Shown here: positions 34,198 through 45,186 of the stretch, piece after piece
Numbering within the stretch: position 1 is the stretch's first letter
How the letters are laid out: each line of letters opens with the position of its first letter
Assembly: GCA_963789955.1 (NCBI GenBank)
Contig: CAWBMV010000007.1
Coordinates: forward strand, 1 to 64,000
Direction of reading: 5' to 3'
Origin: an uncultured Candidatus Rokubacteria bacterium
GTDB taxonomy: Bacteria > Methylomirabilota > Methylomirabilia > Rokubacteriales > CSP1-6
DNA length: 64,000 nt
Translations under genes and position numbers: made by a program
Notes under the pieces: model-generated
What the model was told of the DNA's origin: nothing
Seen by the model: only the letters and a program-made list of their open reading frames with translations
Databases searched by the model: none

Positions 34198-36661
34198 ATG
34201 CAGACTGACGCTGATCACGGGCTGAGTCGCGCGGAAGCGGAGCGGCGCCTTGTCATCGAGGGGCCGAATGTCGCTGCCGGGCGCTCAACGACGCGGGCCG
34301 ATCGCTATCGCGCTCGGCGTGCTCGCCGAGCCGATGTTTCTTCTGCTCGTCGCGGGCGCGATCATCTACCTGATGCTGGGAGACATCCACGAAGCGCTGG
34401 TGCTCGTGGCTTCGCTCCTCGTGGTGTCGACGATCGCCGTCGTGCAGGAGCGCAAGTCCGCGCGAGCGCTCGAGGCCTTGCAAGAGCTTGCGAGCCCGCG
34501 CGCGCTCGTGGTCCGCGAGGGCATCCCGATCAGGATCGCCGGCGCCGAAGTCGTGCGCGGTGATCTGGTCGTCGTGTCCGAAGGCGACCGCGTGCCCGCC
34601 GACGTGCGGATCGTCGTGGCCAACGATCTCTTGCTCGACGAATCGCTGCTCACCGGCGAGTCGCTGCCTGTCGAGAAACAACCCGGCGAGACGAGCTACT
34701 CCGGGACGCTGGTCGTGAAGGGTCGGGGCCGCGGTGTCGTGGTCGCGTCGGGCCCCCGCACGGAGTTCGGTCGCATCGGCCGTTCCCTCGTCGATCTCGA
34801 TATCGAGCGCACCCATCTTCAGCGTGAAACCACGCGCATCGTGCGGCTCATCGCCATGTTCGGAATCGGCGCCTGCATCGTGCTCGCCGTCTATTCGGCG
34901 GTTGCGTTCGGTGACTGGCTCACCGGTGTGCTGGCCGGCATCACGCTGGCGATGGCGATCTTGCCGGAGGAGTTTCCGCTGATCCTCACGGTGTTTCTCG
35001 CGCTCGGGGCCTGGCGCATCGCCCGGCGCGGAGTGCTGACTCGCCACATGCCGGCGATCGAGACGCTCGGCGCCGCCACCGTCTTGTGCGTGGACAAGAC
35101 CGGAACACTCACCGAGAACCGAATGGTGCTCGTCGACACCTTCACCACGACCACGACTCCACAGCACGTCGTCGAAGCCGCCGCCCTCGCCTGCGAGCTC
35201 GATCCGTTCGATCCGATGGAGCGCGCAATCCTGGCAGCGGCGGGCTCGTCCGCTGAAACGCTTCGAGCGAAGTGGCTCCTGGAGCGCGACTACCCGCTGA
35301 CGTCAGATTTCCTCGCGGTGTGCCACGCCTGGCGCGCGCCCACCGGCGAGCGCCGTATCGTCATCAAGGGCGCGCCGGAGACGGTGCTCCGGTTGTGCGG
35401 GCTCGACGCGGGGGCGATGGAGGGTGCGCTGGAGGAGGCTCACCGGGCCACGGCGAAAGGCCAGCGACTGCTCGCGGTGGCGGAGACGACCTGGGACGAC
35501 GCGCACTGGCTCGACGACCCGCGCCGGTACCGGTTCACGTGGCTCGGATACGTCGCGCTGGCCGATCCGCTGCGCGCCGACGTGCCCGAGGCGATCGCCC
35601 AGTGCCGGGCCGCCGGCGTTCGCGTCGTCATGATCACCGGCGACTATCCAGGCACCGCCCTCGCCATCGCGCGCCAAGCGGGGATCTCGACGGAGGGCGG
35701 CGCGCTGGTCGGCACCGAGATTTCCGCCATGGACGGTCCAGGCCTCGCGCAGGCGGTGCGCCGGGTGGACGTCTTCGCGCGTATCAGGCCAGAACAGAAG
35801 CTTCAGCTGATCACGGCTTACAAGATGGCTGGTGACGTGGTCGCCATGACCGGCGATGGCGTCAACGACGCTCCCGCACTGAAGGCGGCGAACATCGGCA
35901 TCGCGATGGGCCGACGCGGGACGGACGTCGCACGCGAAGCCGCTGCGCTCGTGCTGGTCGACGACGACTTCCAGTCGATCGTCGCCGCCATGACGCTGGG
36001 TCGGCGAATCTACGAGAACATTCGCAATGCGATGCGCTATTTGCTCGCGGTCCACGTGCCGATCGTCGGGATGGCGTTCCTGCCGTTGATGTTGGGCTGG
36101 CCCGTGCTCCTCTACCCGGTCCACATCGTATTCCTCGAGTTCGTGATCGATCCCGCGTGTTCGCTCGTGTTCGAAGCCGAACCGACCGGCGCCGCCGTGT
36201 TGCGCCGCCCCCCGCGCGATCCCCAACAGCGACTCTTCAGCTCGCAGATGATCGCGGTGAGCCTCTTGCTCGGCCTCTCGGTGCTCACGACCATCTTCGT
36301 CGCCTGCTGGTGGGGCATCGCGCAGCACCTGTCGAGCGGCGCGATCCGCTCGCTGGGCTTCGCGGCGCTGGTGTTCGGAAATCTCACGATGATCCACGCC
36401 ACACGATCACGCGACCGCCTGATCGTTCAGAGCCTCCGCGCTTCGAACCCGGTCGTCTGGTGGATCACCGGCGCCACGCTCGCCGCGCTGGTCATCGCGG
36501 TCTATGTGCCAGCGGTCGCCGCCGTGTTCCGATTCGCGCCGCTCACACCGAGCTCGCTGGCCATCGCCGCCGCCGCCGGGACTGCGGGCGCCCTGTGGTA
36601 TGAGGTGTACAAGCTGGCGCGCCCGCGCCGTGCTCACCATGCGCCTGGCCATTCCCGGTAA
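34198..36661 (+). CDS. Cation-transporting P-type ATPase (type II; frameshift near 34275)
   Basis: LTGES, PEEFP, DKTGTLT, KGAPE, MITGD, GDGVNDAPAL. Confidence 0.95.
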
Positions 36662-36719
36662 GGTCTGACGGAAGGCGGCGTCGCCGTCAGCTGCAGGAAG
36701 TCGATCTAGGTAAGGATCT

Positions 36720-36872
36720 TCAGCGAGCGAGGATCGCGAGCAGCAGGGCAAGCACGACAATACACGCCGCGACGAACGCCAGGAACTTCCAGAGCGACTC
36801 CCGGACGCCATGAACCCGAGATCCGAGCACCAGCATGACGATCAGGAGCAGGCACGCGATCAAAGCTGTCAC
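36720..36872 (-). CDS. Small two-TM membrane protein (50 aa), not in the ORF track
   Basis: GGGGAG RBS, GTG start, MTALIACLLLIVMLVLGSRVHGVRESLWKFLAFVAACIVVLALLLAILAR*. Confidence 0.6.
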   Translation of the reverse strand: MTALIACLLLIVMLVLGSRVHGVRESLWKFLAFVAACIVVLALLLAILAR

Positions 36873-37017
36873 GTTGTTCTTAGCTCCCCATCTGCAACTC
36901 GGTCACCTCGAGTGGCGGCCCCGCGGAAACGACTCGAGAATCGCACGCGTACTTTGGTCCCGTGGATCGGAAAAGTCAGAGCGACGACAAGGTTGCTCAC
37001 CTCCACGTCGAGGTGTC

Positions 37018-37033
37018 TGCATGCATGGTGCCG
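37018..37033 (-). promoter_or_regulatory. Possible sigma54 promoter
   Basis: Minus strand CGGCAC-CATGC-ATGCA; tandem boxes at 37132-37169. Confidence 0.5.
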
Positions 37034-37236
37034 GGGCCGGTCTGCGAGGGGCTCGGACCGAAGGCCCCGTCGCGGCGCGGGCTTACGCCGAGCGCGGCGC
37101 TGCTCGGCGCGGCGGGTCCGGCTTCGTGGTTTGGGGCGCGGTCGTCCCGAGTGAGGACATGGGTACCCAGGTTCAGCACCGCGAATGGCTCCGGAGAAGC
37201 CCGAAAAAGGCCTTGAGCCCGTGTGGAGAGCTGCGA

Positions 37237-37264
37237 GGGGGCTACGGGCTATCCCGTAACCCCC
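37237..37264 (-). terminator. Stem-loop just downstream of tRNA-Gly
   Basis: GGGGGCTACGGG-CTAT-CCCGTAACCCCC inverted repeat; no U-tract. Confidence 0.5.
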
Positions 37265-37273
37265 CCGGAATGT

Positions 37274-37348
37274 TGGAGCGGCCGACCGGATTCGAACCGG
37301 CGACGTCCAGCTTGGGAAGCTGGCATTCTGCCACTGAATTACGGCCGC
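37274..37348 (-). tRNA. tRNA-Gly (CCC)
   Basis: GCGGCCG acceptor stem, CCAGC-TTCCCAA-GCTGG anticodon arm, GGTTCGAATCC T-loop, encoded CCA; 75 nt. Confidence 0.97.
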
Positions 37349-37383
37349 CCGGCGACTCCTATCTTACACCGACCGGTCCCGTG

Positions 37384-38935
37384 CTATTTCCCGTCCTTGA
37401 GCGACATGTTGTACGCCTGCAGCACCTCGTCGCTGCGCGCCTTCCAGTTGAGGCGCTTGGCGACGCCGTAGAGATCGATCTGCTGGTAGAGCGGCACCGC
37501 CGGCATTTCCTCGACCCACAGCTTGTTGATCCGGTGGTACTGCTCGAGGCGCTTCTTGTCGTCCATGATCGTCTGCGCCTCGTCGATCATGTGATTGAAG
37601 TCCTCGTTGAGCCAGTTCACGAAGATGCCGGGGGACTTGAAGAGCGGGACGTAGACGGTCTCGGCGTCCATCGTGCCGGTCCCCCAGCCGATCAGCCACA
37701 CCGGGCCCGCCTTGTGGACGTAGACCATGTTGTTCAGGTACGTCACGAAGTCGTACGTGCGGAGCGTGGTCTTGATCCCGGCCTTGGTCAGCTGGCCGCT
37801 GACGGCTTCGGCCACCTCGGCGTCGCGCACGTACCGGCCGCGCGGGCCATGCAGGGTGATCTCGACGCCGTTCGCGAAGCCGGCGTCGGCCAGCAGCTTC
37901 TTGGCCTTGGCGACGTCCAGCTTGATGGGCTGAAGCTTCGGGTCGAAGCCGAAGTGCATCGAGGGCAGCATGGTCGCCACGCGCACGCCCTTGCCGTCGA
38001 GCACGGTCCTGATGATCTCGTCGGCGTCGATCGCGTAGGCGATCGCCTGGCGCACGCGCTTGTCGGCGGTCGGGCCGTTGTAGGGGCCGGTCGCCTTGTG
38101 CTGCGCGTCCATCTGGTGCGAGTAGATCATGAGCTGGATCGTGCGGATCGACGGCGCAGTCGACAGGAACAGCTTCGGGTGCTTGTCGATGATCGCTCCG
38201 AGATGCGGCGGGATGTTCACGGCCAGGTCGATCTCGCCGTTCTGCAGCGCCGCCACGCGTACCGCGTCGTCCGGGATCGGGCGGAAGACCACGGTCTTGA
38301 TGTTCGGCGCCCCGCGCCAGTAGGCGTCGTTGGCCTCGAGGACGATCTCCTCGTCCTTCGACCAGCGGACGAACTTGTAGGGGCCGGTGCCGATCGGTTT
38401 CTTCGAGAGATCGGCGGTCTCCTTGCCGGCCGACTCCTTCGGCGGCAGCATCCCGCTCTGGACGAAGGTCATCGAGGCGGTGAACAGGCGGCCAGGGCTT
38501 CTTCGTGTGGACCCGGATTGTGTACGCATCCACGATTTCCACCCGGTCGATGGGCGAGAAGAACGTGGCGCCGCGGAGCTTGCCCTGCCCCTGCGCCAGC
38601 CGCTCGAGCGTGAACTTCGCCGAGTCGGCGTTGAATTCCTCACCGTTGTGGAACTTCACACCCTTGCGAAGCTTGACCTCCCACGTCGAGGGCGGCACGA
38701 ACTTCGGCATCTCGGTGGCCAGGCTCGGAACGATCTTCATATTCTGGTCGCGCTCGTAGAGCGTGTCGAGGATGTGCCGCCCGACGTTCGACGCCGGGCT
38801 CTCCGACTGGTTCGCCATGTCGAGCGTCGTCGGATCGACGCCCTGAGCGATGATGACCTTGCCGGCCGGCGCTGCGCTCGCCGCGACCGGCAGCAGCAGG
38901 ACGACGACGGCTACCACGATTTTCCACGCGCTCAT
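37384..38935 (-). CDS. ABC peptide/nickel-family substrate-binding protein (frameshift near 38490)
   Basis: Signal peptide, KLRKGVKFHNGE, PIGTGPYKF, RVAALQNGEID, DKRVRQAIAYAID. Confidence 0.92.
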
Positions 38936-38990
38936 CTCGAGCCTCCTCCGGAGCCTCTCGAACGAGAGGTTGAAATTCCTCAAGGTCCCG

Positions 38991-40457
38991 CTACTCTAGG
39001 GGTTCGCTCGCGGGCGAGTCAAGGTACGCGAGCGCCTCCTCGCGCGTGCTCACGAGCCCGAGGCTCTGGGCCTCGCGCGCGCGCTCCAGCAGGCGGCCGA
39101 CCTCGGGGCCGGGCGCAATGCCGAAGCGGGCCATGACATCTTCCCCCCGCACCAGCGGCGCCGCCTCCGCCCCGGCCCGCGCCGTCTCCTCCCATCCCCG
39201 CAGGAGGTCTCGCACGAGCGACGCCCGGCGCCAGATCGCGAGCGGCGATACCCCGGTCACCGCCGCGGCGTCCACCAGGTTCAGCAGCAACAGATCGCGC
39301 GTGTCCTCGCCGAGATCGCGGAAGAAGCGATACCGCGCGCGCGGCGTCACCCGGCCGGCGGCCGCCAGGTGCCCGGGACGCAGATGATGGCGCACGAGCT
39401 TCTCGAGCACGCCGCGGGCGCGCGCCGGGAGCCGCAGCCGCTCGGCGATCGCGCGCGCGCGCGCGGCGCCCAGCACGTCGTGCTCGAAGAATCGGATGCG
39501 GCCGTCGATCAGCCGGCGCGTCTCGGGCTTGGAGACGTCGTGGAGCAGCGCGGCCAGCTTGAGGATCTGCTCGCGCCGCACGCCGCCGCCGAGCTCTTCG
39601 GCCACGTGCGCGGCCAGCTCGTCGCCGAACGGCGAGAGCTCGCGCAAGACGCGCCAGCACCGTGTCGGCGCCGGCCACCGCTCTCAGCGAGTGCTCGAGC
39701 ACCGGGAACCGGTGCGGCGCCGGCTGCGTCGAGCCGCGCATCGGCTCGACTTCGGGCACGATCACGCGCAGCAAGCCCGAGCGCGTCGAGCCGCCGCAGG
39801 GCGCGCCCCGCCCGCGGGAGCGCGAGCATCGCCAGCAGCTCGTCGCGCACGCGCTCGGCGGCGACGCTGTCCAGCGCCGGCGCCGCCAGCGCGGATCGCC
39901 CGCACGGTCTCGTCGGTCAGCCTGAATCCCAGCGCCGCCTCGAGCCGGACGCCGCGAAGGGTGCGGAGCGGATCCTCGGTGAGCACGCGCGGATCGTGGG
40001 CCCGAAGGCGCCGAGCCCGCAGATCGGCGAGCCCGCCGGTCGGATCGACGATCGGCGCACGGCCCCGGCTCAGGAGCTCGCGCACCGGGACCGCCAGCGC
40101 GTTCACGGTGAAATCGCGGGCCGCCAGGTCGTCGTCGAGTGTCGGCGCCCGCCAGTCGGTCACGTCGAGGCAGATCCCGCGCGCGAGCACCCGCGCCGCG
40201 CCGCGCTCGGGATCGAGCGGCACGAAGGCCCCGCCCAGGCGTACCGCCACCCGGCCGGCGATGTCGAGCGCGCCCGACTCGACCGCGACGTCCAGATCGG
40301 CGGGTCCGGCCCGCCGCGTCGATGCCAGTCGCGCGTCGCGTACGGCGCCGCCGACGAGCACGGGCGACCGCGAGCGTCCGGCGGCCGCCTGCACGGCGCG
40401 CAGCAGCGCGCGCGCGGGCGGCGTGAGCGACGAGAGCGTGAAGAGGACGGCAGTCAC
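38991..40457 (-). CDS. Class II tRNA nucleotidyltransferase + HD domain, probably CC-adding (frameshifted)
   Basis: VGGAVRD, DLD, RDFTVNA, DPTGG, EDPLR; HD domain EHS...LLHDVSKP. Confidence 0.85.
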
Positions 40458-40502
40458 GGTACGAGGTCGCCGGGGCCGGCGGCCGTGAACGTCAACCACG
40501 CG

Positions 40503-41390
40503 CTATCCGAGCTCGATGCCTCGAGCTCCGATCCGGTACTCGACGATCTCGTCGCTCATCGCGCTGCCCCGGTGCTTGACGACGCAGAGCATCCGCGCCA
40601 GCCGATTGCCGACGCGCTCGCTCCCGAGCACCAGGATCGTGTTCGCGGTGGCGCCGATGTCGCCGGTCGCGACCTTGCGCGCCAGCAGATCCTCCAGCCG
40701 CGTCTCCTCGGTCGTCACCAGGAGCATGGTCGTGAGCGCCGTGTGGTCGTAGAGGTGCGAGTCGATGAACTCGCGGTGCTTCCACACCGGCAGGCAGATC
40801 TCCATCCCGAGTGTCTCGGCGTCACGGTGGATGGTCTTCCGGTAGAGCTCGTCGAAGATGTGGAACTGGATCGAGTCCGCGGGCGAATCCATCGGCTCGA
40901 CCCCGTCGACCACGATCCGCCGCGTGCCGGCCGCGCAGTGGAAATAGACGAACGGCCGCACGGTGTAGAGCGCGTGGTTGTAGGTGGCCTTCCAGCTCCA
41001 GTCGAACTCCCAGCCGCCGTCTGGTGTCGGCACCTGAAAATCGCGGACGCGCCCCACCCACTTGAGCGTGTTGGAGTAGCTCGCGTCCATCTGGCCGGGC
41101 GGCGGATACGGATCGGTCATCGGCGTGACGGTGTGCGTCCACGGCGTGAGCGACCACTGGAAGAGTCGCGCCGCGTACTCGTCGTGCTGCTGCGAGTCGC
41201 CGCGCCCGTTCAGGTCCAGGACGATGCCGCGCGCGCGGTCGGCGATCCGTCCGTGATCGGCGAACGTGAGCCCGAGGTGCGTCTTGCCGATTCCAGTGGC
41301 GCCGTACACGACGGTGAGCGTGCCGGGCAGCAGGCCGCCGTCGAGCATCGCATCGAGCTTGGGAATGCCGGTCGAGACGCGCGTGGTCAC
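40503..41390 (-). CDS. Single-domain KaiC/RAD55-like P-loop ATPase
   Basis: STGIPKLDAMLDGG, GATGIGKT, IVVDGVE, VVKHRGS. Confidence 0.85.
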   Translation of the reverse strand: MTTRVSTGIPKLDAMLDGGLLPGTLTVVYGATGIGKTHLGLTFADHGRIADRARGIVLDLNGRGDSQQHDEYAARLFQWSLTPWTHTVTPMTDPYPPPGQMDASYSNTLKWVGRVRDFQVPTPDGGWEFDWSWKATYNHALYTVRPFVYFHCAAGTRRIVVDGVEPMDSPADSIQFHIFDELYRKTIHRDAETLGMEICLPVWKHREFIDSHLYDHTALTTMLLVTTEETRLEDLLARKVATGDIGATANTILVLGSERVGNRLARMLCVVKHRGSAMSDEIVEYRIGARGIELG

Positions 41391-41401
41391 GGGCGCCGAT
41401 T

Positions 41402-42983
41402 CTACACCGAGCGGCCCTTGGTCGCGAATTGCCGCTCGTAGAGCGCGCGCAGCTCCTCGAGCGTCGTGGCCTGGCCCGGCGACTTGTCGTCGCGGATCCG
41501 CGTGATGCGCGCGAACCTGAGCGCCATGCCGGAGCGGTAGGTCGGGCTCTTCTGGATCTCGTTGTAGGCGACCTCGACGACGACCTCGGGCCGCACCCGC
41601 ACGGTATAGCCGTCGTCGCCCACCGCGAGCGCCCACAGCCGCCCGGTCATCTCGACGAATTGCGCGTCGGTGAATCCCTTGAACGTCTTGCCGACGTCCG
41701 CGAACGTGTCGCCGTCTCGGACCGCCAGATGGTAGTTGGAGAGCCACTGGCTGCGGCGCCCGGAGCCCCGATCCACGGCGATGATCACGCAGTCGACGGT
41801 CTCGGCGACCTTCAGCTTGAACCATCGCTTGCCGCGGCCGCCGGGCTCGTACGTGCTGCGCAGATCCTTCGCCACGACGCCCTCGTGACCCGCGGCGAGC
41901 GCCCGGGCCTGGAACGCCCGCGCCGCCTCCGCCGACGTGACCAGCGCGCGCTCGGCCAGGTGGCGCCCGCCGGTGACGGCGGCCAGCGCCTGCCATCGAC
42001 GGTCGTACGGCTCGTCGATCAGCGAGCGGCCTTCGGCCATGAGGCAGTCGAAGAAGTGCAGGGTCAGCGGCATCTCGCGGACGAGGCGATCCACCTCGTG
42101 GACCCGACGGAACCGCCGCATCAGCTCCTGGAACGGCAGCGGCCGCCCGACGGGATCGAGCGCCAGGACCTCGCCGTCGAGGATGAACGGCGCGCCGACG
42201 AGCTCGTGTCGAGCCGTCTCGACGACGTCCGGCAGGCTTCGCGTGACGTCGGAGAGCCGGCGCGTCCAGATCGACACGCGCTCTCCGTCGCGGTGGAGCT
42301 GGATGCGCGCGCCGTCGTACTTGTACTCGAGCGCCGAGGTGCCGCCGTGGGCCGCGAGCACCTCGTCGAAATCCTCGGTGATCTGGGCGAGCATCGGCAG
42401 GAGCGGCACGCCCGGCTGCACGCTCGCCGACGTGAGCGCCGAGGCGCCGCCGCCGGCGGCGAGCGCCGCCACCGCGGAGAGATCGCCGAGCCGGAGCGCC
42501 GCGCGCCGCGTGCTCTCGAGCGGCGCGCCGAACGCGCGCGCGATCGCCTCGAGCACGAGCCCGTCGGACACCCCCGTGCGCAGCTCACCGACCATGATCC
42601 GCTGGAGCGTCTCGCGCTCCTCCGCCGACGCCCGGGCGGCCAGGGCGCGCAGCAGCTCGTCGCGCGATTCGCCGCGAGCCGGCGCCGCCCGCCTGGGCGA
42701 TGTCATTGAACGCGGCGGCGACGTCCGCGAGCGTCAGCGGGGCTGCGGCGGCCGGGGGCTCACCCGTCGCCGGAGCGTCGTCGGCCGCCGGTAGCCAGCG
42801 AACGCCGAGCACCCGCGGGTCGGACTGCGGAAACGCGCGGCCGGTCAGGAACGCGACGGCCGTGGCCACGGTCTCGGGCGGCAGCGCGCGCAGATAGTCC
42901 GCGAGCAAGGCCAGCTTGTCGAGCCGCCCCGGGCTCGCGCGCAGCCGCCGGCAGAGATCGGAGAGCCGGGCGAGCTCGATCAT
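41402..42983 (-). CDS. ATP-dependent DNA ligase (frameshift near 42700)
   Basis: EYKYDGARIQLH, ILDGE, FFD, EGVVAK, WFKLK, ALRFARI..IRDDK. Confidence 0.93.
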
Positions 42984-43042
42984 TCCGAAAATCATTATAA
43001 GGATTCTTGACTTGCCCTCGGCCGCGGCCCTACTTTCGTTTC

Positions 43043-44990
43043 ATGCGTCGCCGCCGTGTCCTCTACGACGCGACTTCGCGCGCGGCGGCGACCGCCGCCG
43101 AAAGCCTGCGTGACGAGTTCGACGTGGCCGGGCTGTCGGTGGCGGCGGATCCGACCGCTGACGGGGCCGTGGTCATCCTGGTCGGCCGCGACGCCACCGA
43201 TCCACGCTGGAGCGACGCGCCGCTTCGCGTCGTCGCGCTGGTCGATCGTGACGACGCCGGTCCGTGGCCCGCGCACTGGTACTCCGTCCTCCCGGAAGGC
43301 GCGAGCGCGGCAATGCTCGCCCGCGTCATCGACAACGCCTTCGCCGATCTCGAGCGGGCCACCGAGATGGGGCGACTCGACCGCGAGATGGCGCGGCTCG
43401 ATCGCGAGCTCTCCGAGCTGAACGCGATCGGGATCCGGCTCTCGGCCGAGCGCAACCCGCGAGATCTGATCGAGACCATCCTGACCAAGGCGCGCGAGAT
43501 CACCCACAGCGACGCCGGCTCGCTCTACCTGGTCGAGGAAGAAGCCGACGGCACGCGCGATCTTCGCTTCGTGCTCGCCCAGAACGACTCGGTGGATATT
43601 CCGTTCCGCGCCGCGCGGCTGCCGCTCACCAGCGAGAGCGTCGCCGGACACGTCGCGCTGACCGGGGCCATCCTCAACCTCGAGGACGCCTACCGCCCGC
43701 CGGCCGGCGCGCCGTTCCACATCAACCGGTCGTTCGACGAGGAGACCGGCTACCGCACGCGGTCGATGCTCGTGGTCCCGATGCGGACGCCCGAGGGCGA
43801 GACGATCGGCGCGCTCCAGCTGATCAACTGCAAGCCCGACTTCGCGACGCGGCTCGTCCGGGGCGACGCGATCGACGGCACGGTGCAGCGGTTCACCGCG
43901 CGCCACGAGCAGCTCGCGGGCTCGCTCGCCTCGCAGGCGGCGGTGGCGATCCAGAATCGCCGGCTCTACGAGAACATTCGCGAGCTCTTCGAAGGCTTCG
44001 TGAAGGCGTCGGTGACCGCGATCGAGTCACGCGACCCGACGACCTCGGGCCACTCCGCCCGGGTCGCGAATCTCACCGTCGGCCTCGCCGCGGCGATCGA
44101 CCGCGCCTCCGACGGCCCGCACCGGCTGACGCACTTCAGCGCCGAGGAGATGACCGAGCTCCGCTACGCCGCGCTACTGCACGATTTCGGCAAGGTCGGC
44201 GTGCGCGAGCAGGTGCTCGTGAAGGCGAAGAAGCTCCTGCCCGCCGAGCTCGACCGCATCCGGCAGCGCGTGGAGCTGATCAAGCGCGGCCTGGAGCTCC
44301 GCTACGCCGGCAAGAAGATCGAGCATCTGGTGGAGAAGGGCCGGCGACGCTATGCGACTCAGGCCGCGGCCCTCGACGCCGAGCTCGCGGCCTACGTCGC
44401 CACGCTCGATCAGGGCATCGCCCGCATCGTCGCCGCCAACGAGCCGGCGGTGCTGCCGCGCGACTTCGCCGCCGGCATCGAGCGGCTGGCGCTCGACGTC
44501 TTCGAGGATCATCTCGGGAACCGCGAGAGCGTGATCACGCCCGAGGAAGCGGAGATCCTGGCGATTCCCCGCGGCAGCCTCACGCCGGCGGAGTTCAAGG
44601 AGATCCAGTCCCACGTGATCCACACCTACGAATTCCTCACGCGCATTCCGTGGACGCGCGAGTTCCGTCGCATCCCGGAGATCGCCCGCTCGCACCACGA
44701 GAAGCTCGACGGCACCGGCTATCCCGAGGGGCGCAAGGCCGGCGAGATCCCCGTGCAGTCGAGGATGATGACGATCGCCGACATCTACGACGCGCTGACC
44801 GCCGGCGACCGCCCCTACAAGAAGGGCATCCCGACCGCCGAGGCGCTCGACATTCTCGACCACGAGCGACGCGCCGGCCATCTCGACGGCGCGCTGCTCG
44901 ACGTGTTCGTCGAAGCGAGGATCTACGAGCAGGCCCTCACGCGCCCGTCAGCCCCTCAGCAGGAGACAGACGCCGCCCCAGGCGATGACG
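43043..44990 (+). CDS. GAF + HD-GYP cyclic dinucleotide phosphodiesterase (3' end uncertain)
   Basis: GAF domain, TSGHSARV, LLHDFGK, HHEKLDGTGYP, ADIYDAL..DRPYK. Confidence 0.9.
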
Positions 44991-45127
44991 GCCCCGAGCG
45001 CGACGAGCGCCCGGAGAACTTCCCGACCGGCCCGAAGACTCTGCAGATGTTGAGTAGTCCGAGCCAAAAAAAACGCGCGCGAGCTGCGACGGTGAAGCAA
45101 TGCGTACGTCACTGCGTGCGAGCTCAT
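44948..45127 (-). CDS. Small protein (59 aa) with C-terminal TM helix downstream of lexA, not in the ORF track
   Basis: GAGGAGG RBS, ATG, MSSHAVTYALLHRRSSRAFFLARTTQHLQSLRAGREVLRALVALGAVIAWGGVCLLLRG*. Confidence 0.6.
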   Translation of the reverse strand: MSSHAVTYALLHRRSSRAFFLARTTQHLQSLRAGREVLRALVALGAVIAWGGVCLLLRG

Positions 45128-45186
45128 TGCCGACCTCCTCGTGCTTTACATCGGAGGGAGCGAGCACTCCCCCGAATTCCTTGTCG

